The notes: generated from the letters alone by a model not told the origin. 64,000 nucleotides of DNA from an uncultured delta proteobacterium (GCA_963712115.1 CAVQGX010000043.1:73072-137071); one strand, 5' to 3'. Numbered from the stretch's first letter, positions 51,933-62,968 are shown. Translations and numbers: made by a program.

Positions 51933-51993
51933 GACCGGCTACGCTATGCTCTATGCTTCCTCCGTGATGACCGAAGCAATAAGGAATAGCACT

Positions 51994-53586
51994 ATGACTG
52001 ACCAACAAACGAAGCAAAAGGTTGAGGCAACGCTTTGTCGCAATCCTGCCACAGGAGGAATCTTGGGATATTCTCCCTTGACCGACCTTCAAGAGTTTGA
52101 ACAAATTATCTCCAGGGCGAAAATTGCGCAGAAATCGTGGTCGAAACTGGACGTCAGAGAGCGAGTTAGACATATGCTCCGGGTTCGGGATTATCTGGTG
52201 CAGCATGCCGAGAAAATCTCAGAGGTTATTTCCAAGGACAATGGCAAAACCTGGATGGATGCCCTGGCAACAGAAGTGCTCCCTGCCGCGATGGCAGTTA
52301 GTTATTACGCCAAGCACGCCAAGAAGTTTTTGAAAACTCGATACATCTGCCCGGGAAATATCCTGTTATTATACAAGCTCTCAAAAATAGTACGAATGCC
52401 CTACGGGGTTGTCGGGGTGATTTCGCCCTGGAACTATCCCTTTTCCATACCTTTTTCGGAGGTGGTAACGGCACTTCTTGCCGGAAATGCTGCGGTTGTT
52501 AAAACTGCTTCAGAAACTCAATGGGTTGGCCGAATTTTGGAAGAATGTTTCTTGGCAGCGGAACTACCACAGGGAATTTTTAACTATGTCAACATCCCCG
52601 GCAGTTTTGCCGGGAGTGCTTTTCTGAAAAACGGAATTGACAAGCTCTTTTTCACAGGCTCGGTGGCAGTGGGTAAACAACTTATGGCTGAAGCCGGCGA
52701 GACCCTAACTCCACTTGTCCTCGAGTTGGGGGGCAATGATGCCATGCTTGTCTGTGAGGATGCTGACCTATTCCGGGCAACCTCTGGTGCTGTATGGGCG
52801 GGGTTCCAAAACAGCGGCCAATCCTGTGGTGGGGTTGAGCGTGTATATGTCCATGAAAACGTCTACCATTCATTTCTTCAGCTACTAAAAAAGAAAGTAG
52901 AGGCTTTACGGGTGGGCCTTGGTGAGGATTTCAAGGTGGACATTGGAGCCATGACCACCGAACGCCAGGTTTCCACAGTCAAGAGCCATCTAGAAGACGC
53001 ACTGGCCAAAGGAGCACTAATTTACGCCCGTTCAGCTCCACCGCAAGGTAAAGAGTCGGGTACCATTGTCCCAGCCATGGTTTTAACTGGAGTCAACCAT
53101 GAGATGTTAATCATGCAGGAGGAGACCTTTGGCCCCTTGGTGGGAGTAATGAAGGTAAAGGATATGGATGAAGCCGTTGCTCTCGCCAACGACTCTCAGT
53201 ATGGTCTCACCGGTTCAGTATGGTCACGAAATAGAAGACGGGCTGAGACACTGGCCAGGCAAATTCAGGCCGGCGCGGTTACGATTAACGATCATCTAAT
53301 CAGCCATGGTCTGGCTGAAACTCCCTGGGGTGGGGTAAAACAGTCGGGAATCGGCCGCAGCCACGGTGCCATTGGTTTTAATGAGATGACCCAACCCCAG
53401 GTGATAGTCCATGATATTCTGCCCTTTGCAAGACAGAATATCTGGTGGCACCCGCATACCCCCAAGTTATTTCAAGGACTCCTAGGGGCTACAAAATTTC
53501 TTTATGGCAAATCCATTGCTCAACGAGCTAAGGGACTTTATCATTTACTCAAAGTCATACCTAGATACTTCTCGACACGAGCCTAG
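51994..53586 (+). CDS. Aldehyde dehydrogenase
   Basis: ISPWNYP, FTGS, LELGG, NSGQSC, EETFGP, PWGGVKQSG. Confidence 0.93.
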   Translation: MTDQQTKQKVEATLCRNPATGGILGYSPLTDLQEFEQIISRAKIAQKSWSKLDVRERVRHMLRVRDYLVQHAEKISEVISKDNGKTWMDALATEVLPAAMAVSYYAKHAKKFLKTRYICPGNILLLYKLSKIVRMPYGVVGVISPWNYPFSIPFSEVVTALLAGNAAVVKTASETQWVGRILEECFLAAELPQGIFNYVNIPGSFAGSAFLKNGIDKLFFTGSVAVGKQLMAEAGETLTPLVLELGGNDAMLVCEDADLFRATSGAVWAGFQNSGQSCGGVERVYVHENVYHSFLQLLKKKVEALRVGLGEDFKVDIGAMTTERQVSTVKSHLEDALAKGALIYARSAPPQGKESGTIVPAMVLTGVNHEMLIMQEETFGPLVGVMKVKDMDEAVALANDSQYGLTGSVWSRNRRRAETLARQIQAGAVTINDHLISHGLAETPWGGVKQSGIGRSHGAIGFNEMTQPQVIVHDILPFARQNIWWHPHTPKLFQGLLGATKFLYGKSIAQRAKGLYHLLKVIPRYFSTRA

Positions 53587-53604
53587 AAACAGGAGGAGAG
53601 GTGC

Positions 53605-55695
53605 ATGGCCGGTAGAGTGGTGAGAAGCTCCTGTCGCGCTTGCCACGGCGGTTGCGGAGTACTGGTTGAAGTGGAAAACAACAAGGTCACCAGTATAAAG
53701 GGCGATCTAGATTGTCCGGTGAACAGAGGATGGCTGTGCATTAAGGGGAAAAGATACAACACAATAACCCATCATCCCGACCGTTTAACCGATCCTTTAC
53801 GAAAAACAAAGGGTTCCTGGAAGAAGATATCCTGGGAAGAGGCTCTTGAAGAAATAGCTGAAACATTTCTACACATAAAGGAAAAACTCGGCCCGGAATC
53901 TCTTGTATTGGGATACGGAACCGGGCGCGACAATGAATCTTTCATCTACCGTTTCGCCAACACCTTCGGCACCCCAAATGTGCTAACCGCCGGCCACATG
54001 TGTTATGGGCCGCGGATTGCTACTGGAATAACCCTCTGTGGCAACCTGCCGGTGGTAGATTACCAGGGTAAGCCAGCTTGTATTATCGTCTGGGGGGCCA
54101 ATCCACTCGTTTCCCATCCCGACGAATACAAGGGTCTCTACTTGGCTCAAGCAATGAAGGGTGGCGCAAAGATTATCTGTGTTGATCCACGGCGATCCAT
54201 GGTGGCCAGACAATCTCACCAATGGCTTCGAATCAGGCCCGGAACAGACGGTGCTCTGGCCTGGGGAATGGCAAATATTATAATTGACCAGGGGTTATTC
54301 GACCGTGAGTTCGTGGAAAACTTTGTCTATGGCTGGGAGGAGTTTTGCCAGAGGGCTAAAAAATATCCCCTTTCCTGGGCGGCAAGTAAGACTGGGCTGA
54401 GGGAGGAGGAAATCCACTCTGCCGCTGAGACCTTCGCTGCCACCAAGCCGGCAGGCATCCACTGGGGTGTGGCTCTGGAGCAGTCCAAGAACTGCGTAAA
54501 CACAATAAGCTTGCTAATTTGCTTGATGGCGATGACCGGGAACCTGGATCGACCTGGTGGCAGCGTCTTCTATGCAAATCCACCAGTGATAAACGCCTCG
54601 CAGTTAGGCGCGCACCGGATGTTGTCGCCCGAGGCGCGTCAGAAGCGATTGGGCGGGGATTTGTTTCGTCTGGCGAATCGCATCGGCGTGATCAACCCGA
54701 AGGTTGTTTGGGATGCCATACTGGATGAAAAACCTTACCCGGTTAAGGGTTTGTATCTGATAAGCACCAATCCGGTGATTTCCCGGGCCAACTCCAGAGA
54801 GGTCAAGGCAGCCCTGGAAAAAGTGGACTTTCTGGTGGTGCAGGACTTTTTCCTCACGCCCACGGCTCAGGAGGCGGATATAGTGCTCCCTGCCTCCACC
54901 TGGTTGGAACACGACTATGTGGCTGATCTGTGGAAGCGACACGGATGGGTGGTAGCTCGTCAAAAGGCGGTGCAAGTTGGCCAGGCCCGGTCAGATTACG
55001 CTATTCTGAACGAACTGGGTAAGCGGTGTTCAGACCCCGTCCACTGGTGGCCCAGAGTTAAGGATGCTCTCAATTACATACTATCCCCTTCCGGATTGAC
55101 CTGGGAGGATTTCTGTGAGGGTGGCTATTTGCAGGGCGAGCGGATTTTTCTTAAATATCTAAAAGAGGGCTTCAGCACACCAACGGGCAAGGTGGAATTC
55201 TACTCCACCACCATGAAGAAATTGGGCTATGATCCCCTGCCGGCCTTTTTCGATCCACCGGAAAGCCCCTGGAGCAGCCCGGAGCTCTTAGAGGACTACC
55301 CCTTTCAGCTCATAACTGGTGCTCGCATTCCATTTTTTTTCCACACCGAGAACAGGGTACCCGGGCCGTTGCGCAATAAACGTCCCGATCCCTTGGTGGA
55401 AATACATCCAAAGGTAGCCAGGGCAAAGGGAATCAGCGAGGGGGACTGGGTAGAGATCAGCTCACCCCGTGGCACCGTGGTGCAAAGGGCTGTTCTTACG
55501 GACCGGGTTCCGGAAAACGTAATTGCGGCGGATCATGGGTGGTGGTTTCCCGAGGAGGGTGATGATCTAGGCTGGGATCGCTCCAACGTGAATGTTCTCA
55601 CCGACAATGGTTATGGAGGCTGTGATCCGGCCATGGGTGCCACAAATCTTCGTGTTCTCTTGTGCAATGTGAAAAAGGCAAATTACTGCAGTTGA
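53605..55695 (+). CDS. Mo/W-bisPGD oxidoreductase, acetylene-hydratase-like clade
   Basis: CRACHGGC...C 4Fe-4S motif, HMCYGPR, RPGTDGAL, ADIVLPA, TPTGKVE; no Tat signal. Confidence 0.85.
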   Translation: MAGRVVRSSCRACHGGCGVLVEVENNKVTSIKGDLDCPVNRGWLCIKGKRYNTITHHPDRLTDPLRKTKGSWKKISWEEALEEIAETFLHIKEKLGPESLVLGYGTGRDNESFIYRFANTFGTPNVLTAGHMCYGPRIATGITLCGNLPVVDYQGKPACIIVWGANPLVSHPDEYKGLYLAQAMKGGAKIICVDPRRSMVARQSHQWLRIRPGTDGALAWGMANIIIDQGLFDREFVENFVYGWEEFCQRAKKYPLSWAASKTGLREEEIHSAAETFAATKPAGIHWGVALEQSKNCVNTISLLICLMAMTGNLDRPGGSVFYANPPVINASQLGAHRMLSPEARQKRLGGDLFRLANRIGVINPKVVWDAILDEKPYPVKGLYLISTNPVISRANSREVKAALEKVDFLVVQDFFLTPTAQEADIVLPASTWLEHDYVADLWKRHGWVVARQKAVQVGQARSDYAILNELGKRCSDPVHWWPRVKDALNYILSPSGLTWEDFCEGGYLQGERIFLKYLKEGFSTPTGKVEFYSTTMKKLGYDPLPAFFDPPESPWSSPELLEDYPFQLITGARIPFFFHTENRVPGPLRNKRPDPLVEIHPKVARAKGISEGDWVEISSPRGTVVQRAVLTDRVPENVIAADHGWWFPEEGDDLGWDRSNVNVLTDNGYGGCDPAMGATNLRVLLCNVKKANYCS

Positions 55696-55708
55696 AGAAA
55701 CATCCGGG

Positions 55709-56174
55709 CTAAAAGTAAAATCGAGCGCCGACAACGCCTTCTAAATCGAATTCCGTGTCTGGAGAGACGTTGAATATGGGGACTATTTCTGCAAAAACGC
55801 CGAAAGGAGCGCTTTTAAATAGATGTTCCACTCCCAGAGGAAATCGAAAACCAGCCTTGTTGTCTTTGTGATCTCGAAATACAGCTCTGGTGCCGACACC
55901 TAAATATATTGGTGTTTCTCCCGAGCCAGAATCGATCAAAGAATAAATGTGATAGAGGTAATCGGCATAGATGTGAAAATCGTGATCACTATCTGGCGAC
56001 CAGCCAAACCCCGCGTCGAGAGCATTATACTTATCGATAAAATATTTGCCATTCACACCCGTTGGCACTCCCACGGTAACTCCTAGGCCAAATTGCTCCT
56101 CAGCCATTCACAGTTCCAGAAAATAGGAGAACCGTGATAATCACGACCACGGAACCTCTTAGTATGTTGATCAT
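55709..56174 (-). CDS. Small outer-membrane beta-barrel protein, frameshifted (+1) just after the signal peptide
   Basis: AAGGAG SD and ATG 56174 encode the signal peptide MINILRGSVVVIITVLLFSGTV. The mature part, ending GARFYF, is in another frame. Confidence 0.72.
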
Positions 56175-56255
56175 TATACCGCTCCTTTTCTTTGGTTCGG
56201 ATGTAATGCTCAATGAGAGAAATGGACCACAACTGCTAGAGACATTTGTCTAATA

Positions 56256-57431
56256 TCAGAAGATGTCAGGTTGGATATCTTTGCCATAGTCTACCCCGGG
56301 CATGCCAAAGCCGTGGTGTCTGAGGAATTCTTCCCGGAATCCATCAATGTCTGACAGCATGCTGACGTTTTCCGTTGTCACCATTTCCCACAGCCTGGCT
56401 ACTTGTTCCTGGACATCTTCACGCATTTCCCAATCGTCTAGACGTATTCTGCCCTTGTGGTCGGTCCTAAGGGCTCCGTTGGTAAAGAGGTAATCGCCAT
56501 AGAGCCTGTACATTTGATGTATACATCCCTCGTGTAGTTTTTTCGCCTTCATAACCTTATACAGGAGAGATATGTAGAGGGGAACCGCCGGTATAACTGC
56601 ACTTGCTCTTGTTACCAGGGCCTTGTTAACACTGATAATGGACTTACCTCCTAGGGGTTCGACAAGCTTGTTGATCTCAGCTGCACTCTCCTCCAAATGG
56701 GTCTTCGCCCTGCCGATTGTCCCATGGCGATAAATGGCATTGGTAAAAGTAGGCCCAATATAGGAAAAGGCTACCGTTATAAAATTTTCCGCCAGCAGAC
56801 CGGCCTCTCGAAGGGTTTTTGCCCACAACCCCCAATCCTCACCCCCCATGACTTTAACTGTGTGGGCAATTTCTTCTTCCGTTGCTGCGTCGGCGGTGAT
56901 CTCCCTGACCTCTCCGCTGAGAAAATCAACCGTCTTGGAGGTGTACTTTTCGCCAATGGGCTTGATCACGGAAGAGTAAATTTCTCCGGTTTCGGGATCG
57001 ATTCTTCTTGGTGCGGCTATGCTATAGATCAGTAAATCAACTGCTCCGAAATTGTCTCTTATAATGTCTGATACCTCAGACTTGACTTCTTTTGAAAAAG
57101 CATCTCCGTTAATGTTCCAAGCTTTGCAGCCTTCCTTCTCAGCTTCTTTTTTGAAAGATTCAATGTTGTACCATCCAGCGGTGCCGGTTCTGGTTTTAGT
57201 ACCTGGTCTTTCGTAGCCAACGCCAATGGTGGAAGCCCCCGAACTGAAGGTTGAGACTATGCGCGCAGCAAGGCCATAACCGTTAGAAGCACCAATCACC
57301 AGGACCCTCTTGGGGCTTTTGATTTTATTCTGAGCTTTGATGTAATTTATCTGAGCTTTCACCTGTTCAGCACAACCCAAAGGGTGTGCATTGAGGCAAA
57401 TGTTGTTTCTTATTTTCGGTTCTATGACCAT
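56256..57431 (-). CDS. fabV: Trans-2-enoyl-CoA/ACP reductase
   Basis: AHPLGC, GASNGYGLA, NGDAFS, YSIAAP, VMGGEDW, IRLDDWE. Confidence 0.93.
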   Translation of the reverse strand: MVIEPKIRNNICLNAHPLGCAEQVKAQINYIKAQNKIKSPKRVLVIGASNGYGLAARIVSTFSSGASTIGVGYERPGTKTRTGTAGWYNIESFKKEAEKEGCKAWNINGDAFSKEVKSEVSDIIRDNFGAVDLLIYSIAAPRRIDPETGEIYSSVIKPIGEKYTSKTVDFLSGEVREITADAATEEEIAHTVKVMGGEDWGLWAKTLREAGLLAENFITVAFSYIGPTFTNAIYRHGTIGRAKTHLEESAAEINKLVEPLGGKSIISVNKALVTRASAVIPAVPLYISLLYKVMKAKKLHEGCIHQMYRLYGDYLFTNGALRTDHKGRIRLDDWEMREDVQEQVARLWEMVTTENVSMLSDIDGFREEFLRHHGFGMPGVDYGKDIQPDIF

Positions 57432-57455
57432 GACTCGAGTATTCGTCCGGCTCGA

Positions 57456-58666
57456 CTATACCAATAGTTGCTCTGCCCTTTTCATCAGTCTCCCGATAGC
57501 CATCCCTTGGGGACATCTCCTCTCAGCGAGGGAATAGTCCAAGCTCCCAATCCGAGCACGAATTTCAGATGAGAGCTGTCCATAAAGAGACCGGGCGCGA
57601 TGACGATCTCCATAGCTCTCGTAGTACATCAGATATCTCATTACCGTGGCCACCGGCAGCGCTCCATCCAGGGCAGTCTCGCAAATATTGCTACAACCCG
57701 CGCAGTAGTTGGAGGCAGTCTCCTTGGCGTACTGGTCCAGGAGGTGCAAATCCCCGACAGAAAGGCTTGTTTTGTCCATTGCGGCGGCGACGTTGGACAT
57801 GAGGATGGTAATGTTGGGCATTTGGGAACATATGGAGGCTATGTTAGGATTTGTCCAAACTGCTTTGAGCTTGGCCTGGTTATCGGTAAATCCCTTTTCA
57901 ATAAAAGTGTCCACCAGTTTGGTTGCACTTGAGGAGCCAAAGGACCAACCTCCTTGGGTTTTCATGGCTGTTAAACCAATGCCGGCCTCTTTGCAGGCGG
58001 CGACAGCCTCTTTCATCTCGGTCTTATGCATGATTCTGTAGTTATAGGTCATCATGATGCCGTCAATCAAGCCAAGCTTGGCCGCTTCGAGCAAGCATTC
58101 ATCTATGTTACTGTGGGTGCTGAATCCGAAAAGCTTGATCTTCCCTTCAGTCTTGGCTTTTTCCGCCCAACCTCTGGTACCTTTGTCGAGCTCATCCACG
58201 CCACTTATGCCATGGACGAAGTAAAGATCAATGTAATCCGTCTTCATTCTCTCGAGTGAACGATCCAGTAGGCGAGTCATGCCACTCGGATCCCTGGCAT
58301 CTGACTTGCTTACCAAGAAGACCTGCTTCCGGGCTTCCGGGTATTTGGCGAAAAAACTGCCTATTCCCCTCTCGCTTCTCCTCCCTCATAGCAGTCAGCC
58401 GTATCCCAATAGGTAACGCCCCATTTGAGGGCCTGTCTTAGAACGAGCTGATTTGAGGGAATATCGAACATACCACCTAGTCCGAGGATTGAGACTTGGG
58501 CCCCTGTTTTACCAAAAGGCCGGGTTGGGACCAGGGCGAGCTCTGAACCAGAGCTTCCGCTTATCTTGCCAAGAGTCTCCCTTGCGCTCAGAAGAGAGCC
58601 TGCAGTGGCTGCGCCAGCCGTTTTCAGAAAGTCTCTCCGCGAGAATCCACCTTTTTTCTTGGACAC
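57456..58666 (-). CDS. Tat-exported aldo/keto reductase with C-terminal Fe-S motif, frameshifted near 58378
   Basis: SRRDFLK Tat motif and YWDTADCY in one frame; the rest (DYIDLYFVHG, GFSTH, CAGC..C) is restored by adding one base. Confidence 0.8.
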
Positions 58667-58716
58667 GTATTTTTCCTCCTGTCGAGCATAGCGCCAAGCG
58701 CATAGCGTAGGCGGTT

Positions 58717-58833
58717 AATTAGTTAAATGGTCAAAATCGTTGAAGTCGTCCATCATAGAGGTCAGAAGTCGGAGATCAGAGATCAGCTTTACCCCTGACC
58801 TCCGACATCCGATCTCTGACCTCTGAGTTCTGC
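58717..58833 (-). repeat. 117-bp element, inverted identical copy of 51816-51932
   Basis: Direct comparison. Confidence 0.92.
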
Positions 58834-58876
58834 CCGCTGTCCTCTGCCCTCTGACGTCTGACCTCTGACCTCCGTC

Positions 58877-60824
58877 CTAGGTACTTCGCGGCAAGAGCAT
58901 TGACCTGCCTGGGCTCCTAGATTCATTCTCCGCCGTGACCCTTATGGCCCGCCTGCCGCTCACCGGGCATTCGTGTTCGCAAATACCGCAACCAATACAG
59001 AGCTTCGGGTCCACGTAAGGTTGCTGCAGTCTCACCTGAACTGAGATGTGACTATCAAGATCTGGTGCAGCATTCGGCGAAATACTACCAGCAATAGTTA
59101 CACTATTTTTGGTGTTCTCCAATATTCGCCAGCGGTGTTCTCTGCCGTTGCGGGTGGTCATGACATAGTAATCCCCTGTAGCCAACTCTTCCGGCTCTAG
59201 ACTGCTGTCCATAAACTCAAGCCGCTGACCGGCAATTTTAACAAGACGAAATTTACCCCCTCTCACAGCACTAAAATACTCACGGGTAAAGATCGCTTTT
59301 GGGCTCACAGGGCAATTTTCTTGGCAGACAATACACGGCCTGTCCATGGCCCAGGGCAGACAGCGGCCTCTGTCTACAAACGCTGTTCCCAATCTGATCG
59401 GACCAACCTGGGCAAATTGCCCTTTTCCGAGTTTCTCGTCCAAACTTATAGGGCGGATTGCGGCGGTGGGGCAGATATGGGAGCAGGCGATGCAATTAAG
59501 CTGGCAGCCACTGGTGCCGATGCGAAAATTGAGAACGGGGCTCCACAACCCTTCCAGTCCGCTTTCTAGGCTGGCGGGATGAATTATATTGGTGGGGCAA
59601 ATTCGCATGCACTGACCGCATTTAAGGCAGCGACTGAGAAAATCAGGTTCTGCCAGAGAGCCAGGAGGGCGAATTACAGAAGGTTGCCAGTTGGGCCCTA
59701 CTAAACCCGCCAGACGAACTATAGGTATGGCCACTGCGCCTGAGAGAAAAGAGGCGATAAATCCCCGCCGGGAGAGGTCAGGCAAGGCAACTTCGCCGGT
59801 TTCAGAGATGGTTGTGCGGTAACCCACGAGGTTGTGTGGACAGTCGTCAAGGCAGTTCATGCATAGGACGCACTCACTTATTCGTATTTTTTCGGCTGGC
59901 TGGCAGGCTCCCTCACAATCAGTGTCACAGAGATGGCAGTGGCTGCATTCACTGCTAGTTTCAACTACACCTATTCTCCAGAGCGAAAATGCAGACAAGA
60001 CGCCAAAAAGAGCTCCCAAGGGGCAGACGAACCTGCAGTAGAAGCGGGGAACCTTGAGGTTCAATAAAACCGCGGTGAGAAAGACAGCACCGATAAACCA
60101 TGAGCCTGAGTAGTAGCGCTGGATGGGTGAGATCCTCTCTGTAAGAGGTAGCAAGGTCATATTGATGGAACGATGGATCAATGGGATCGGATCGAGCAAA
60201 CCTGTCTGCAACGAAGCCGCAACCAGAGTGGATGTTGGAAATAGTAAACCCAGCCCCATCCACAGGGCTAAAAGGATGAGCAGAGTTGCCAGTGCTTTTT
60301 TTGCATCGGTTACAACTCTGAGCAGGGAAAGCATGGCGAGCCCTGCCAGACAAATTACTGCCGCTATGGAAAACAGCATTGGTTTTTCGGGTACCACTCT
60401 GAGAAGACTCGATAGCAGGGAACCGGCAGCCGCTGTTAGTAAAAAGATGAGCAGGTAGTATTTGATCGATTGGCCGGGATGGTATTTATTGAGGGCTATT
60501 TTGGCTGAGATGGCCTTCCCTCGCCTGGCAAGATAACCGATGAAATGGTGAATGGTGCCAAAGGGGCATACCCAGCTACAGAAGAATCTCCCCACTAATA
60601 TAGTTAGAATCACAGTTACTAAAGCCCAGAGGAGACCTTTGTAGAGGGAATTGGTGCTGAGCATTGTGGCCACCGCCACCAGAGGGTCAAGCTGCAGTAG
60701 CCAGTTGACTGGCCAGCCCCTTAGTCGCCACCACTCCACTCCCAATGTGGTGACTATACAGAACCAGATTAGGAGAAGGAGGAAGAAAATCTGGCTGATG
60801 CGTCCTGACGGTTACGATTCGCAT
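58877..60824 (-). CDS. Membrane polyferredoxin (NapH/MauN-like TM domain + NapG/MauM-like domain), frameshifted near 60804
   Basis: CSWVCPFG, CRFVCPLG, RPPGS, multiple CxxCxxCxxxCP. ATG 60824 (MRIVTVR) joins the frame after removal of one base. Confidence 0.85.
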
Positions 60825-60827
60825 TGT

Positions 60828-60968
60828 TCAATCGTTCTAGCCGTTCAAGTCGTTCAAGTCGTTCAAGTCGTTGAAACCGTTCAAATCGTAAAAATCGTAA
60901 AAATCGTAGAAGTCGTCACACAATCTCAAAATCCCAAATCTCACAGTCCATATCCCACATCCCATATC
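60828..60968. repeat. Tandem 9-mer (CGTTCAAGT) plus 7-mer (CCCATAT/CCCACAT) arrays
   Basis: About 10 degenerate 9-mers directly abutting the start codon of the ferredoxin gene. Confidence 0.85.
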
Positions 60969-60973
60969 AGCGG

Positions 60974-61969
60974 CTAAGCAACGCTTAACCGTATTGGATT
61001 GAGTGATTCGTAGTCTGCAGTGCCAACCCCGGCGGCTTCCGCCTTGGCTATATAAGGTAGTTCGGCGGGTTTTTTCCCCAACAAGGAGGCGCCGAAGGCA
61101 TCGGCCGCTACCTGATCTGTGCTGACTATCATGGTACCGGTCTCTTTTAGATCTCCTAGAGAGCCGCCAGTGGGACCATTTGTCATCATGGTTGTGGTGC
61201 CGTCCAAAACCACCAGAGTGGGTTTGACCATGATTGCCAATTCTTTGATTATGTTATGGATATCCTGATGAAAGATGTTGCGGCTACCGCCCAAAAGACC
61301 ATACCAGTTTTTCATGGTCATGGAAGCGCCACTCCGGTGGTGATCCTTCACCGGAGCAATACCTATTACCCTGTTTATCTTTTGAAATGGCTCCCAGAGG
61401 ATCGGCCAGTTCTGGATCAGGACACCATTGGAGACCGTTGTGGGCTGAAAATAACTTTCCTTGGGGAGAAGGACTTTGGCTCCTGCCAATTGAGCTGCTT
61501 CTGCAATGCCGGTCAGGGAAAAGCAACTGGTGGGGTCGTTTATAGGGTTGTCAGTGACTACTACGGTGGAGGCCCCGGCTTTGTAGCACAGTCTAGCAAT
61601 TTCGGCCACTAATTGAGGGTTTGTCGTGGCAGAAAGGATCGGGGGGGTTGCGAAAGCAGCGTTGACTTTCAGCAGCACCCTGTCACCTTGTTTGACGAAG
61701 GTTTCGATTCCCCCCAAAGCTTCGAGTCCGCGGTTGATTGTCTTTTCCCGGTCCAGGCCTGTAACGATACTCATCTTGCCCCTGGGACTGGGTATGGAGA
61801 AGTCGGGAAATGTCACCAGCCCATTCTGGTTTTTGCCTATCCCCGGACCGGTGAAGTCATAAAGCCAATAGCTCAAGGAGCAAGCAGCACCTATGGAAAT
61901 ACCTCCCTTGAGCAATCGTAGAAGAAAATCCCTTCGACTTGCTGTTGGCTGCTGCGCTTTTTGATTCAC
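60974..61969 (-). CDS. DUF362 domain protein with Tat-like signal
   Basis: SRRDFL, LGGI..FV..GD.VLLK.N, TTNP, K.H....SMTMKN..G, DQVAADA. Confidence 0.85.
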   Translation of the reverse strand: MNQKAQQPTASRRDFLLRLLKGGISIGAACSLSYWLYDFTGPGIGKNQNGLVTFPDFSIPSPRGKMSIVTGLDREKTINRGLEALGGIETFVKQGDRVLLKVNAAFATPPILSATTNPQLVAEIARLCYKAGASTVVVTDNPINDPTSCFSLTGIAEAAQLAGAKVLLPKESYFQPTTVSNGVLIQNWPILWEPFQKINRVIGIAPVKDHHRSGASMTMKNWYGLLGGSRNIFHQDIHNIIKELAIMVKPTLVVLDGTTTMMTNGPTGGSLGDLKETGTMIVSTDQVAADAFGASLLGKKPAELPYIAKAEAAGVGTADYESLNPIRLSVA

Positions 61970-62968
61970 TGGCCTTTCTCCGCCAGAGTTTGGTTCAACA
62001 TCAGGGCAAGCTCTTCCGCCGCTTTTCTGTTCTCCGCGCCGTGGACGCCGGCAAGGATGCTGCCCCTGCTGAAGAACAATTCAAAGGTGTCCATTATTTC
62101 GACAAGCTTGGCTCCGGGGATGTTCAGGTTAGATTTCAGTTCAGTGCCACCGAATTTTAGTAAAAATGAGGTGTAGGATTCCACCAGTCTCGGCGGCTTC
62201 GGCTTGGCTCTTTCGTCGAGACAAGAATGCGGTCAGTTCTGTATCTCCCACCCCATACTGGGCAGTGAAAATTGAATCGAACTGCTCAAAGCCGAAACCA
62301 TTGGAGGGTATAAGGGAGATGCTTTCTCTATTGAGGTTTTTCTCTGGAGATAGAGCCAGTTCATTGAGTTCATTGCTTTCCACTGGGGTTTTGCTGATGA
62401 AATTTCTGCCGAAGGAGAGCATCAGTTCAGCCATTCTCTCCTGGGCAACCGATGAAACTATCTCTAGGTAATAAGGACCATGAACGAAATAGAGGGAGTT
62501 TTCTCGTGCCATAGCCATAGTCTCCCAATTCCAGTTCCTTGGCCTCAAACCGTTTTTGCAGACTGTAAACTGCGTAAGACCCCCGCGGGGACCCCATATC
62601 GTAAATGAATGCTTCCATCCAAGCACTAGGCTCGTCTTCAATGGCAAAACGCTGACTGACAAGACGAACAAATCCGGCAGAAAGTAAAGCTCAGCCTTAC
62701 CGTTGATCTTGTCAGAAAGATTTTCGGGCCCGAAGGATTCGGCTGGCGGAAGGTTAGTGAGATTGTGGGGGGCATAATGTCGGAGATCTTGTGGAGGGGT
62801 AAAGGGAGAAGGTGGTTGAGTGGATAGTTCTTGTTGTAAGGCACCAGGCTTGAGGACAGACTGGTCAAAGCGGGATTGTTCGAGAAAAATACCACCGGTA
62901 ATGATCATGAGTAGGAGGATAACACTGTACCCAACAAAAGATTCGGTCTTACTTACAGTTCTGGCCAT
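61966..62968 (-). CDS. Exported DUF6599-like protein broken by three single-base indels
   Basis: NLSDKINGKAELY, FIYDMG and F..G.YY motifs are spread over ORFs 62141-62968, 62427-62618 and 61966-62184. Confidence 0.65.

Noticed and set aside
51700-51993. ORFs 51713-51934 and 51823-52206, and the extended ALDH start
   Set aside because: Read through repeat elements; low-complexity products.
56100-56102. In-frame TGA after the signal peptide as selenocysteine
   Set aside because: The downstream protein is in a different frame, so this is a 1-bp indel rather than readthrough.
60828-60916. Repeat array as CRISPR
   Set aside because: Contiguous degenerate 9-mers without spacers, and no cas genes.
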